A stretch of DNA of 64,000 nt, taken from positions 32,001 to 96,000 of the IMG/VR virus record IMGVR_UViG_3300009506_000003; one strand, written 5' to 3'. Under the pieces are notes generated by a model. The model worked only from the letters and a program-made list of their open reading frames with translations, was not told the origin of the DNA and did no database searches. Source of the stretch: a virus. This document shows positions 53,897 to 62,011 of this stretch, piece by piece. Both the position numbers and the translations under genes were made by a program. Each line of letters starts with the position of its first letter. Positions within the stretch are counted from its first letter, which is position 1.

Positions 53897-54098
53897 CGTC
53901 AGGCCCCTTTTCCCGTTCGAGAAGGTCCACGAAGTGGTCCGTAATGATCGTCGAGAGAGACTTGTGATGCCGCTTCGCATAGGCGTGCATGTCCCGCTTC
54001 AGCCGTGGCTCGATCATCAGATTGAGCCGAGCCGTGCGCAGAGGCTCTCTCCCGTTGGGCCGCTTCTTGGCCTTCTTTTTGGTCTTCGCAGTAGCCAT
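53883..54098 (-). CDS. Ribbon-helix-helix DNA-binding protein
   Basis: RLNLMIEPRLKRDMHAYAKRHHKSLSTII matches the RHH pattern. Confidence 0.75.
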   Translation of the reverse strand: MATAKTKKKAKKRPNGREPLRTARLNLMIEPRLKRDMHAYAKRHHKSLSTIITDHFVDLLEREKGPDVEQI

Positions 54099-54101
54099 CG
54101 T

Positions 54102-54398
54102 CTACCCCACAGGCGTCTCCTCATCCGGCCTGAGATGCGAGTACCCCTCCAGGAACTCCCGAAGGCCCGGTATCGGGTACTTCTTCAGGATCAGGTTGAT
54201 GACCTGCTGGTGCATCTGCTCCAGGAGCTGGTTCATTGAGGGCTCTTCCCCCTCGAGCATCGTTCCCTTGAACGCCTTGGTCATTTCCTGGTCGACGAAC
54301 TTGTGAAGCTCCAAGTCTGCAGCCAAAAAGTGAGGCAGCCACATCCAGGCCACTTCCCACCGCCCGTCTTGCGCCTTCTTTTCATGGATGAGGTACAT
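54102..54398 (-). CDS. Hypothetical protein
   Basis: 98 aa, SD GGAGG. Confidence 0.7.
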   Translation of the reverse strand: MYLIHEKKAQDGRWEVAWMWLPHFLAADLELHKFVDQEMTKAFKGTMLEGEEPSMNQLLEQMHQQVINLILKKYPIPGLREFLEGYSHLRPDEETPVG

Positions 54399-54430
54399 GG
54401 AGCCTCCAAGTCCGCAGTGCCAGGGTTGCG

Positions 54431-54718
54431 CTACTCTTCCACTCCGAGCAGCTCGTCTTCTTTCAGGATGAGATGCACCTCACCACCGATTTTGAGTTCG
54501 GTGCCTGAGTACTTCCCGAAGAGGACCACGTCCCCTTCCTTCACGCTGACTTTGGCGGTGTAGCCGTCCTCGAGCAGCTTCCCGTCTCCCACGGACACCA
54601 CCACCCCCTTGTTGGGCTTTTCCTGAGCCCCATCTGGAATGATGATCCCTCCCTCGGTCACCGTGTCAGAGTCGACACGCTTCACGAGGACTCGGTCTTG
54701 TAGTGGTCTGAACGCCAT
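54431..54718 (-). CDS. groES: Co-chaperonin GroES (Cpn10)
   Basis: [12 protein letters not shown]...GGIIIPD.AQEKP..G.VV.VG.G...[14 protein letters not shown]. Confidence 0.95.
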   Translation of the reverse strand: MAFRPLQDRVLVKRVDSDTVTEGGIIIPDGAQEKPNKGVVVSVGDGKLLEDGYTAKVSVKEGDVVLFGKYSGTELKIGGEVHLILKEDELLGVEE

Positions 54719-54727
54719 GTGGTCTCC

Positions 54728-55078
54728 CTAGTTGTCGTATGGGAGGGCGAGGTCGAGCTCGTCTCCCTCGTCGAGAACCCCAATGAGGTCTCGCAGGTGC
54801 ATGAAGCAGTGGGCAATGCCCACCCGGTTGGCCTCTTTCAGGTGACCGCGAAAAACGACTCGATCTCCTGGGGCGATGGTTGGCTTGATGAACTTCACCT
54901 TGCCGTTTACCTCGTCGAAGTAGCCCTTGCCGACAGACAAGACTCGACCGACGACGTGGCCCAGCCGTTCGTAGAGATTGCCGTCAGGGATGTAGAGTCC
55001 GCTGTCGGTTCTCTTCTTCGGCGTCTCGGGCTTCACCAAAACCCAAGGGCCGTTAGCCCTCACTCGTTCGGCGTCCAT
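54728..55078 (-). CDS. Divergent GroES-like co-chaperonin
   Basis: WVLVKPE..KKRTDSGLYIPD...GRVLSVGKG...IAPGDRVVF...DLIGVL. Confidence 0.85.
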   Translation of the reverse strand: MDAERVRANGPWVLVKPETPKKRTDSGLYIPDGNLYERLGHVVGRVLSVGKGYFDEVNGKVKFIKPTIAPGDRVVFRGHLKEANRVGIAHCFMHLRDLIGVLDEGDELDLALPYDN

Positions 55079-55407
55079 CAGAGTGACTCCGCCCCGTCGT
55101 CGGCTCCCTCGCCTTCGAGGCCGAGCTTCTGGAGCTTCGCCGAGAGAGCTTTGTTGAACCAGCCGTTGCCGGCGGTGGCAACGAACGACCCCTGGATCTT
55201 CTCGTTGAGGATGAAAGCGGTCTCAGAGTCGGGCGCCTTGAACACCAGGCGGACGCTCTTTTGACCAGCCCCGTCCGTGTACTGGACCAGGTAGGTGTTG
55301 ATCGGAAGGGCACCGATAACCTTGTTCGGGCCGCCCTCTTCTCCGGCCTTTCCGAAGACGAAGCCGGCGGTGTTCGGACCATGCTCTGGGGTAGGAATGC
55401 TGCTCAT
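55078..55407 (-). CDS. Hypothetical protein
   Basis: 109 aa, TGATG coupling to the GroES-like gene. Confidence 0.7.
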   Translation of the reverse strand: MSSIPTPEHGPNTAGFVFGKAGEEGGPNKVIGALPINTYLVQYTDGAGQKSVRLVFKAPDSETAFILNEKIQGSFVATAGNGWFNKALSAKLQKLGLEGEGADDGAESL

Positions 55408-55408
55408 G

Positions 55409-55678
55409 TCACTCTCCTTGTGGGTTCAAAGACACAACGACGGGTTCACACCCGCACATCCGCACCGGGACCTGTGTTCCCGTCTGCGGGTCGATCAGAT
55501 TTTGGTACATCACTGGTTGCTGGCACAGCGGGCACGCCCCCTGACTCGGGACGTTCAGAGGCTGTGGCCTGGGTGGCACTGCCGCCCCGGACTGGGACGC
55601 AAGAGGCAGTACGAGCTTCAACAACTCGTCCAGCTTTTTTTCGATCCGTATCAGCGCTTTCGCCACGATGTTGTTCAT
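55409..55678 (-). CDS. Small Cys-containing protein
   Basis: SD GGAGG; CPLC...CGC. Confidence 0.6.
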   Translation of the reverse strand: MNNIVAKALIRIEKKLDELLKLVLPLASQSGAAVPPRPQPLNVPSQGACPLCQQPVMYQNLIDPQTGTQVPVRMCGCEPVVVSLNPQGE

Positions 55679-56117
55679 CGAAAACCTCCAAGCACGAGGG
55701 GCCGGGCTCCTCGATGTAGTAGCAACAGGCGCCCTTGCTCGAGGAGTCGAAGTGCAACCTGGTTCCGTCTTCCATGACCAGACGTTTGAGGATGACCCTC
55801 TCAGGCTGCCCCGTCGGTTCTGCGTGAACCTCCATCACCTTCTTTGTGGTGATGAGCTCACGGAACCTGTTGACCGTGGCAGCGCTCCCGTCAGGCGCTC
55901 CAAAGCCATGAACGGCACGGTAGAACGTCTGAAGAGGTATCTCCTTCTGAGTGAATCCGCGCGCATGCCCCTTCACCTGCATGACTCGACCCTCACACAA
56001 CGGGGTAGGGCAGTGTGCAGACTCTCGCTCCACGAGCTCAGACATGCTGTGGAGCTCTTCGAGCGTCCCCGCTAGCTGATACGAGGTCTTGCAGGTAGGG
56101 CAGGCGTAGAACCTCAT
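55446..56117 (-). CDS. Zinc-ribbon hypothetical protein
   Basis: CPTC...CPTPLC; long low-complexity tail overlaps the next gene. Confidence 0.65.
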   Translation of the reverse strand: MRFYACPTCKTSYQLAGTLEELHSMSELVERESAHCPTPLCEGRVMQVKGHARGFTQKEIPLQTFYRAVHGFGAPDGSAATVNRFRELITTKKVMEVHAEPTGQPERVILKRLVMEDGTRLHFDSSSKGACCYYIEEPGPSCLEVFDEQHRGESADTDRKKAGRVVEARTASCVPVRGGSATQATASERPESGGVPAVPATSDVPKSDRPADGNTGPGADVRV

Positions 56118-56527
56118 AGCGATGCCACCCCCGTCGCTGGGTCGTTATACTCTTCGCCAGGTTCTGCCCCTTCCTCTTCGTAGTCCCCCTCTTCAGGAAG
56201 GTCGACTACACTGGCCATTCGAGGCCCGGTCACCGGCTGTCGTTCAGGTTCGAACACCTGCTGATGAACCTGTGGCTCTGACTCCGGTACCACTACCGGC
56301 TGTGGTTTTCCGGTACCCGGAATCGGAACCTGAGCAACCTTTGAGACTGTAGAAGCGTTACGGGTCTCTTGGGCCTCAGCCATCATGGCAATGACTGCCA
56401 TTGCGGTGTCGTCGTCGACATAGATCGGAAACTCTCGGACCCCGTTGGACAGAACCAATGCTTTGGGGATCGCATCCCCTGTTTCCAAGTCGTAGCTTTC
56501 TCCAGCTACCCGGACTACGCGAATCAT
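56114..56527 (-). CDS. Hypothetical protein with an acidic tail
   Basis: 137 aa, ATGA overlaps. Confidence 0.7.
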   Translation of the reverse strand: MIRVVRVAGESYDLETGDAIPKALVLSNGVREFPIYVDDDTAMAVIAMMAEAQETRNASTVSKVAQVPIPGTGKPQPVVVPESEPQVHQQVFEPERQPVTGPRMASVVDLPEEGDYEEEGAEPGEEYNDPATGVASL

Positions 56528-56718
56528 GTGACCTCCGGTGGCGGAGCACTCACAGGGTGCCTCACCGTCATGGTTTTTCCTGTAAGCAAGTCATGAAGTC
56601 CCGTGACGGCGGCCAACAAAGCGCACTTCGGCTTCCCACCTGCTATGTCCGGGCCACCTGAGTGAGCGATGCACTCCCCCTGACAGGTCCGGTCCTTGTC
56701 CAAAAAGCATTGTGCCAT
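56524..56718 (-). CDS. Small Cys-rich protein
   Basis: CFL...CQGECIAH...C; TGATG overlap. Confidence 0.65.
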   Translation of the reverse strand: MAQCFLDKDRTCQGECIAHSGGPDIAGGKPKCALLAAVTGLHDLLTGKTMTVRHPVSAPPPEVT

Positions 56719-57164
56719 CAGATCCTCATGTGCCTACGTGTCTTCCTCATCGCCTCCGCCTTGCGTGTCCGCTCTTCGCTTCTACGCAACTGCGACTGCA
56801 ATCTCCGCACTCTCGAGTCGTTCGCCATCCAGAGCGGCTTGACACGGAATGCAACGTGAGAGGCCCACTGCTTGAGAGCAGCCTTGGCCAACTCGGACCT
56901 CTTGCCCTTCTCCGCCTCGAGGAAGGGGAACATCGTGTTCTTGTAGTTGAGGAGAGCTTTCTCGATGCCCTCCATATTGTCCTTCGCTGAGCCCACAACG
57001 GACGCGACGATGGCCTCCGTCTGGAACAGCTCGGCCTCCCGCCTCCGGGTAGCGATCAACAGGAAGATTGACTCCAGCAGACTTCCCGGCTCCGGAGGCG
57101 AAGTAGCCAGGTCGTAGAGCATGTGGGCTCGTGCCCATCCTGATGGAGTCTCTATCCATTTTTT
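56718..57164 (-). CDS. Putative tail assembly chaperone 'T' segment, reached by -1 frameshift
   Basis: Frame open from the slippery site (KKWIETPSGWARAHMLYD...); the annotated ATG at 57122 lacks a clear SD. Confidence 0.6.
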   Translation of the reverse strand, partial: KKWIETPSGWARAHMLYDLATSPPEPGSLLESIFLLIATRRREAELFQTEAIVASVVGSAKDNMEGIEKALLNYKNTMFPFLEAEKGKRSELAKAALKQWASHVAFRVKPLWMANDSRVRRLQSQLRRSEERTRKAEAMRKTRRHMRI

Positions 57165-58342
57165 AGGACATCCACCGTGAAGAGTTTGTCGACACGATCT
57201 TGGAACCAGATGGACTGCACCGAAAAGTCAGCCACCAACTGCACCGGGAACGACGCGATGTGGAACATCTTCTTCTCGAAGTCTTCCTTCACGATGTCCT
57301 CGGTCATCTTCCCGACATCTTTGCGATGGTCGGGTAGGTACTTCCCGTTGATGGCCACGATACCGCACGTCAAGCGGCAGGTGTTGACGAGCTCCTGCGT
57401 GTAGAGAGCGGAACCCGGGTAGTCGTAGATGTACTTCAAGATCCAGATGTTCTCCCTCTGGTTGAAAGTACGAAGGGTGACTGAGAGCTTCCCCGGGATG
57501 ATGGGGATTTCTTGCTGGATCTCTTTCTTCATGACCATGTCGGTGATGTCGAGATCCTTGAGACGCTTCTCGATTGCCTCTCGGCGCTCCTTGCTCATCA
57601 GGCCAGTACGGATGTCGGCAATGGTTGCCATGTCCATACCGTCCAACGGTGAGTCCGGCTCGAAGTCGAGCTCAGCCTCGGCGAGCTCGTCTCTTGTCTC
57701 CTCGGCCACGGACTTCTTGCTGCTGCCGGCGGTAGGGCCGGGCTCTTCCCCGCGGTTGTCCAGTGGTGGTGCTTCTTCATGCTGGGCGGCGTCAACGTTC
57801 TCTTGTGCCATTTTCAATGCCTGTACTGTCTCGGGTGAAAAGTTGGACCTCGCCTGCGCCATGTCGTTGGCCTGACGCAGGGAGATCGGACCATTTGTCT
57901 GACCTCGAGCCATTGCCTGGTTGCCCGGGTACGCCGACCCCACGCCTGTTGGAGGTTTGGGGTTCGGTTTCGGCTTCAAGTCAGGGGGCTCACGCATGTC
58001 CTCTGGCACGCTCTCAAAGAACTGAGGCTGTGCCATCCCTCCGTGGAGACCAGCGATGGCTTCCATCTTCTCGCTCGAGGGGGACTCCACATGGCCCAAT
58101 GGGGGAGCCTTGCCTTTCAGAGCAGAGGCCTTCTTCTTGTTGGCCACCCGCTGCTGGATGCGCGCCGCGTAGGACCGCGCGCCGGGGTCCGTGATCGGTT
58201 GGTTCACCTCAGGGTTGAACTCGTTGTCAGCTTCCATCCCCATGATCCTCTGAACGTCCGCGCTCGGGTTGAGCTCGGCGATCTCTTTCTTGGTGAGCGT
58301 CGGCTGTGTTCCAGTCCCGACTTTTGGCCTGTCTATCTTCAC
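57152..58342 (-). CDS. Putative tail assembly chaperone 'G' with a long disordered N-terminus
   Basis: C-terminal domain (VTLRTF...L..GIVAING..LP) ends VLKNG-stop over A AAA AAT. Confidence 0.6.
   Translation of the reverse strand: MKIDRPKVGTGTQPTLTKKEIAELNPSADVQRIMGMEADNEFNPEVNQPITDPGARSYAARIQQRVANKKKASALKGKAPPLGHVESPSSEKMEAIAGLHGGMAQPQFFESVPEDMREPPDLKPKPNPKPPTGVGSAYPGNQAMARGQTNGPISLRQANDMAQARSNFSPETVQALKMAQENVDAAQHEEAPPLDNRGEEPGPTAGSSKKSVAEETRDELAEAELDFEPDSPLDGMDMATIADIRTGLMSKERREAIEKRLKDLDITDMVMKKEIQQEIPIIPGKLSVTLRTFNQRENIWILKYIYDYPGSALYTQELVNTCRLTCGIVAINGKYLPDHRKDVGKMTEDIVKEDFEKKMFHIASFPVQLVADFSVQSIWFQDRVDKLFTVDVLKNG
57158..57164 (-). other. Slippery heptamer A-AAA-AAT (candidate programmed -1 frameshift)
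   Basis: CTA AAA AAT GGA TAG; the -1 frame joins the downstream ORF with no stop. Confidence 0.7.
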
Positions 58343-58351
58343 TCGCCCCTC

Positions 58352-58696
58352 CTAGTTCCCTTCAGGTAGCTCATCGAATGCCATGTTCCAGTCTGGCTCC
58401 ACGAGCGTGTGTTTGCTGAATCCTCGTGGTACCGCAGATGGAGTCTCCGGACGCAGAGGGCTGTTAGTGATTGGCCAATGAATCTTGCACGGCCCGCAGT
58501 GAACATTCACACCAAGGCGATTTGACACAACACGGCCTTCCCGCCCGCACTTCGGGCAGAGCCGAGCCTTGTCGACGTTGGCGTCCAACTTCGAGACAGC
58601 TTCGAGTGGAGTGGTAGGTATTTCTGGAAGGCTCTCAGGGCCTGTCTTCGGCTTCGGCAGCCCAGTGGGCTTTTGCTTGATGGTCGGCTTAGTCAT
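58352..58696 (-). CDS. Zinc-ribbon protein
   Basis: CPKC...CGPC. Confidence 0.7.
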   Translation of the reverse strand: MTKPTIKQKPTGLPKPKTGPESLPEIPTTPLEAVSKLDANVDKARLCPKCGREGRVVSNRLGVNVHCGPCKIHWPITNSPLRPETPSAVPRGFSKHTLVEPDWNMAFDELPEGN

Positions 58697-59147
58697 GGAG
58701 GCCCCACTGCTGCTTGGCAGAAAAGGTGAAGACTCCTTGCCCCACCTCTGCCACCTTCGTGGAGAGAGGGCCTATCAGACGTACCGTCGGTTTGTCTTTA
58801 CGAAGACGCACAACCATGCCAGCCAACTCTCGGATCATGTCGTCCAAGAGTTTGGGCCAAAGAGTGTCCGTCCAGTTCTCCGCAAGGTTGAGTGTCACCG
58901 AGCTCATGACGACCCAAACCGGTAGAGCGGTGCTGTCCCCCGGGAGGAGCATCTTCACCTCCCCGCTCTCCGTGAGCAGCTTCCTGAAGGAACGCTTCGA
59001 GCATCGGGCGAAGACGTTCTCTGCAACCTCTTTGCTGTGCTGGAGCGCCTCGAACACCTGAGAAAAGTCGTACTTGTCCTCGGTCTTTTCCGCTGCGGCC
59101 TCGTCCAGAGGGTCAGATTCGAATGTGGTGACGACCTTCGTTGTCAT
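58689..59147 (-). CDS. Hypothetical protein
   Basis: 152 aa; AT-rich upstream region, no SD. Confidence 0.7.
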   Translation of the reverse strand: MTTKVVTTFESDPLDEAAAEKTEDKYDFSQVFEALQHSKEVAENVFARCSKRSFRKLLTESGEVKMLLPGDSTALPVWVVMSSVTLNLAENWTDTLWPKLLDDMIRELAGMVVRLRKDKPTVRLIGPLSTKVAEVGQGVFTFSAKQQWGLHD

Positions 59148-59179
59148 AAAGGAAGGTCTACATATAAACTACATAGGTG

Positions 59180-59431
59180 TCAAGACACACCCTTCGCAGG
59201 TTTTCCGGTAGGCAATTTTTGCTTCTGGGACTGGGGTGCGGCAATCTTCCCCGCAGCGTCGAAGCGGCTCCCACAAGCAGCACACGAGAATTCGTTCCCG
59301 TCCTTGGTCACGAGCTCTGGCTCAGAGTTCATGCAGACAGGACACTGAGCTCTCCAGCCTTTCCGTCGGCACCAGTAGCATCCTTGGCCTTGGCACTTGG
59401 GGCACTTCTGTTGTCCGTCTTGCAAACGCAT
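59180..59431 (-). CDS. Multi-CxxC zinc-finger protein (DnaJ-type CxxCxGxG repeat)
   Basis: CPKCQGQG, CYWCRRKG, CPVC, CAAC. Confidence 0.7.
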   Translation of the reverse strand: MRLQDGQQKCPKCQGQGCYWCRRKGWRAQCPVCMNSEPELVTKDGNEFSCAACGSRFDAAGKIAAPQSQKQKLPTGKPAKGVS

Positions 59432-59460
59432 GGCTAAAAAGAGAGCCCGTGTGGACTCTC
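59432..59460 (-). terminator. Intrinsic terminator after the RecA-like gene
   Basis: GAGAGTCC-ACAC-GGGCTCTC hairpin followed by TTTTTAGC. Confidence 0.65.
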
Positions 59461-59467
59461 TTGAGGC

Positions 59468-60379
59468 TTACGCCCGTTGCTGGACCTCGTCAAGGATGAC
59501 TCTTGCGAGCTCCGGATTCATCTCCAAGATCGCAGTCGCTTCTCCTTCTCCTCTTCCAAGGCTCTCGTCTCCCCACATGTACCAAGGACCAGCCTGCACA
59601 ATGACCCCGGCGTCACGCGCGACTCGAATGAGGTCTCGAAGAGTGTCCACTCCCGATCCTTTCACGAAGGGCAACGAGATGATCGATGCTGGCCTCGAGT
59701 AGACGTTGGCTACTACGTTCACCTGCATCGTGAACGTGTGGTCTGTGACTTCCGTTCTGCTCAGCTCCAGGCGAGTACTGAACCTGTCGATGATCTTCCG
59801 GGCAGCGGAATCGATGTCCCCGTCCACGAAGAACTTGTCGGGCTTGATGCTTCTCCGAGTCCGAATCTGGTTCGTCATCACGATGCACGACCCACGTCCC
59901 AAGAAAGGAAGCGCCACCTCCAAAAAGGTGTCCACCATCAAGTTCCATTCACCAAACTCGTCTTCCTTGGGCCGCATGGACGTAGCTGAATCGATTGCCA
60001 AGATGCAAGGCACGTCCTGGTGGAGCTCCAAGAACTTGCAGGCTCCAGCGAGTACGTCCTCCCCGTAGTTCCCTGTGATGAGGAGCAGCCGATTGAGGTC
60101 GATGTCGAAGACCCTCATGTACGGAATGTCCAAGTACTCGGTTGGGCACAAGGCCGCAGCCAACCCAGCGCGTTGAGCGGTACCGACGATCTCGTACAAC
60201 AAGGACGTCTTCCCTGCTGAAGCCGGGCCGTAGATCTCAATGGCGCCGGCAGGAAGGGCCCCACCAATCTCTCTGTCCAGGCTCACGATTCCAGTAGCGG
60301 TGCTGAAGTCCAATGCTGGAGACCGCTTCACTCCCCAAGCCTTCACGACGTCCTCGATACCCTCATCAACGATGCCCAT
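59468..60379 (-). CDS. recA: Divergent RecA/UvsX-like ATPase
   Basis: TGIVSLD..IGG.LP.G..EIYGPASAGKT, Walker B LAIDS, TNQIR, C-terminal GVI..AG.WY.WG..LG.G. Confidence 0.85.
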   Translation of the reverse strand: MGIVDEGIEDVVKAWGVKRSPALDFSTATGIVSLDREIGGALPAGAIEIYGPASAGKTSLLYEIVGTAQRAGLAAALCPTEYLDIPYMRVFDIDLNRLLLITGNYGEDVLAGACKFLELHQDVPCILAIDSATSMRPKEDEFGEWNLMVDTFLEVALPFLGRGSCIVMTNQIRTRRSIKPDKFFVDGDIDSAARKIIDRFSTRLELSRTEVTDHTFTMQVNVVANVYSRPASIISLPFVKGSGVDTLRDLIRVARDAGVIVQAGPWYMWGDESLGRGEGEATAILEMNPELARVILDEVQQRA

Positions 60380-60404
60380 GGCTAATCCTCCAAGTTCGGT
60401 TCGC

Positions 60405-60447
60405 CACTCTTATGCCGAAAGACCAACGACTTTCTCGTCATAAGGGT
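60405..60447. promoter_or_regulatory. Divergent pair of ATAAG promoter-like motifs
   Basis: Minus strand TTTCGGCATAAGAGT (core 60409-60413) and plus strand TTTCTCGTCATAAGGGT (core 60440-60444) at the strand switch. Confidence 0.6.
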
Positions 60448-60501
60448 CCTGAAGGTATCCGTCTATCTTCACTAACCCTCAGGCAGAAAGAAAGGTCCCA
60501 C

Positions 60502-61053
60502 ATGGAAGCTGAGAAAATTCAAGCGTTGCTATCAGTATCACCAACCAAGCTCGAGAAGGTGGCCGAGCGAATCGAGATTCCCCTACCCCTGGCCAGGGAG
60601 ATGCGTGTCCAAGCATTGAATCTGATGCTGGGGAAGTGCGTGCTGTGTGAAACGCCCACCCCGATGGGTCTTTGCACGTCCTGCAGAAGGAACACAGGAG
60701 GGAAGCCCATCCTGCGGACCACTCGGGAGAAGATTCTCCGCAAGCTCGACCCGAAAGCGGTCCTCATTCGACGTCCGTGCGCCACGTGCGGCAACGAGTT
60801 CACTCAGACTGTCGACGCCATCATTCGCAACCTGCTCAACTTTGGCCGACCTCACATCGCGAAGAGCTGCAGGAAGTGCAGAGGCAAGAAGAGGAAGATG
60901 TCGGCGCTCGATCAACCGAAAGAAAGGAGGAAGAGGAAGCCCGCCGGCGACGGCCATATCGTCAATCAACCGTTCGCAGAGAGCGAAGTGCTCGCTCAGA
61001 TGCGTTCCAACCTGCAGTCGCAGGAAAACCCCGGAAACAAAGCGAAAAAGTGA
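60502..61053 (+). CDS. Basic zinc-finger protein
   Basis: CVLC..CTSC and CATC..CRKC; ATG 60502 after AAAGG. Confidence 0.7.
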   Translation: MEAEKIQALLSVSPTKLEKVAERIEIPLPLAREMRVQALNLMLGKCVLCETPTPMGLCTSCRRNTGGKPILRTTREKILRKLDPKAVLIRRPCATCGNEFTQTVDAIIRNLLNFGRPHIAKSCRKCRGKKRKMSALDQPKERRKRKPAGDGHIVNQPFAESEVLAQMRSNLQSQENPGNKAKK

Positions 61054-61162
61054 AAAAACACGCTCCTACCTGTGGATAAGAATTGTGGTGGAAAAGGAAC
61101 GCAGGTCGGCGACCTTTGAAGCCAAGTCTCTGTCAGGCAGAAGCCAGAAAACGAGGTCTAAG

Positions 61163-61444
61163 ATGTTCACTCAGCAGCAAGTCCAGGAAGTGATGGACAA
61201 GTACTACACCGCCAACGACGCCAAGGGGCAGGCCGAGGTCTTGAAGAACAACAAGGAGTTGCTCAAGGCCGCCAACCTCCGCGACCGCAAGCTCGGCCGC
61301 GTCGGGTTGCCGTTCTCGACCAAGCTCGACGACCGGACGGACGAGATCCCGTTCCTCGCCGGCCTCAAGAAGGCCGTGGTCTACATCGGGTCGGGTGTCG
61401 GCACCGTCCTCGGCGTGACGAAGCTCGTCCGCTGGATCTTCTAG
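61163..61444 (+). CDS. Small protein with a C-terminal hydrophobic helix
   Basis: SD GAGG, ATG 61163, strong GC3 bias. Confidence 0.75.
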   Translation: MFTQQQVQEVMDKYYTANDAKGQAEVLKNNKELLKAANLRDRKLGRVGLPFSTKLDDRTDEIPFLAGLKKAVVYIGSGVGTVLGVTKLVRWIF

Positions 61445-61472
61445 GAAGACTCAACACACAGTACTGGCCGTT

Positions 61473-61532
61473 GGCCCTCGTCAGGCGGAAGCCTGGCGAG
61501 GCCCTTCGGGTAAAAAATCAGGTTTTTCTTTT
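61473..61532 (+). terminator. Hairpin with GGAA tetraloop and downstream T-tracts
   Basis: CCTCGTCAGGC-GGAA-GCCTGGCGAGG downstream of the stop at 61444. Confidence 0.5.
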
Positions 61533-61544
61533 CGGTATAAGAAT
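61527..61544 (+). promoter_or_regulatory. ATAAG promoter-like motif (TTTTCGGTATAAGAAT)
   Basis: Near-identical to the copy at 62954-62969. Confidence 0.6.
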
Positions 61545-61749
61545 CTTGGAAGCTAGGAGTACCCCTTCTCGTTCATGGCCAAAAAAAGAAGACTGAAGAG
61601 CTACGAGAAGGAGGGACCTCATGAGCTTTCTGCCTGAGAGCGGGTAGGGTCGAGCTTCGGCTCGGCCCTACTCCAGGCAGGCACGATTGTTTTTTAGCTC
61701 CCGCGCTTCTAGTATGGGTGAAGGCCACGTACTCGAACGGGAGACTGTG

Positions 61750-62010
61750 ATGAAGATAGAGCCTACCCAGGACGCGCCGCTGGTGCTCAACATGAATGCG
61801 GTCCAGCGCGTCTACCAGAATGTAGTGGTAGACGATGAAGTCGATGAGGACGACAACGAAGTCGTGCTCAAGATGCAAGCCACCAAGGATTTCAAGAAGA
61901 AGCTCAACGCAGTTGCACATCGGCTCCTCACCATCAGCATCCAACGAGCAGTAGAAGACGGAAGGAACACAATCTGGGTGGAAGACCTGCCCGAGATACA
62001 GGAGGTGTGA
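61750..62010 (+). CDS. Bacterial-type histone-fold protein with an acidic loop insertion
   Basis: LVLNMNAVQRVY-(DDEVDEDDNE)-MQATKDFKKKLNAVAHRLLTISIQRAVEDGRNTIWVEDL has histone helix spacing and the RxTxxxxD motif; SD GGGAG. Confidence 0.75.
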   Translation: MKIEPTQDAPLVLNMNAVQRVYQNVVVDDEVDEDDNEVVLKMQATKDFKKKLNAVAHRLLTISIQRAVEDGRNTIWVEDLPEIQEV

Positions 62011-62011
62011 C

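Noticed and set aside
49855-56117. Long gene overlaps (about 100-230 nt) with low-complexity C-terminal tails, suggesting recoding
   Set aside because: All fall in the xAT-Gxx relative frame, which is stop-poor in GC3-rich DNA; TAA, TAG and TGA all end genes normally, so there is no sign of an alternative genetic code.
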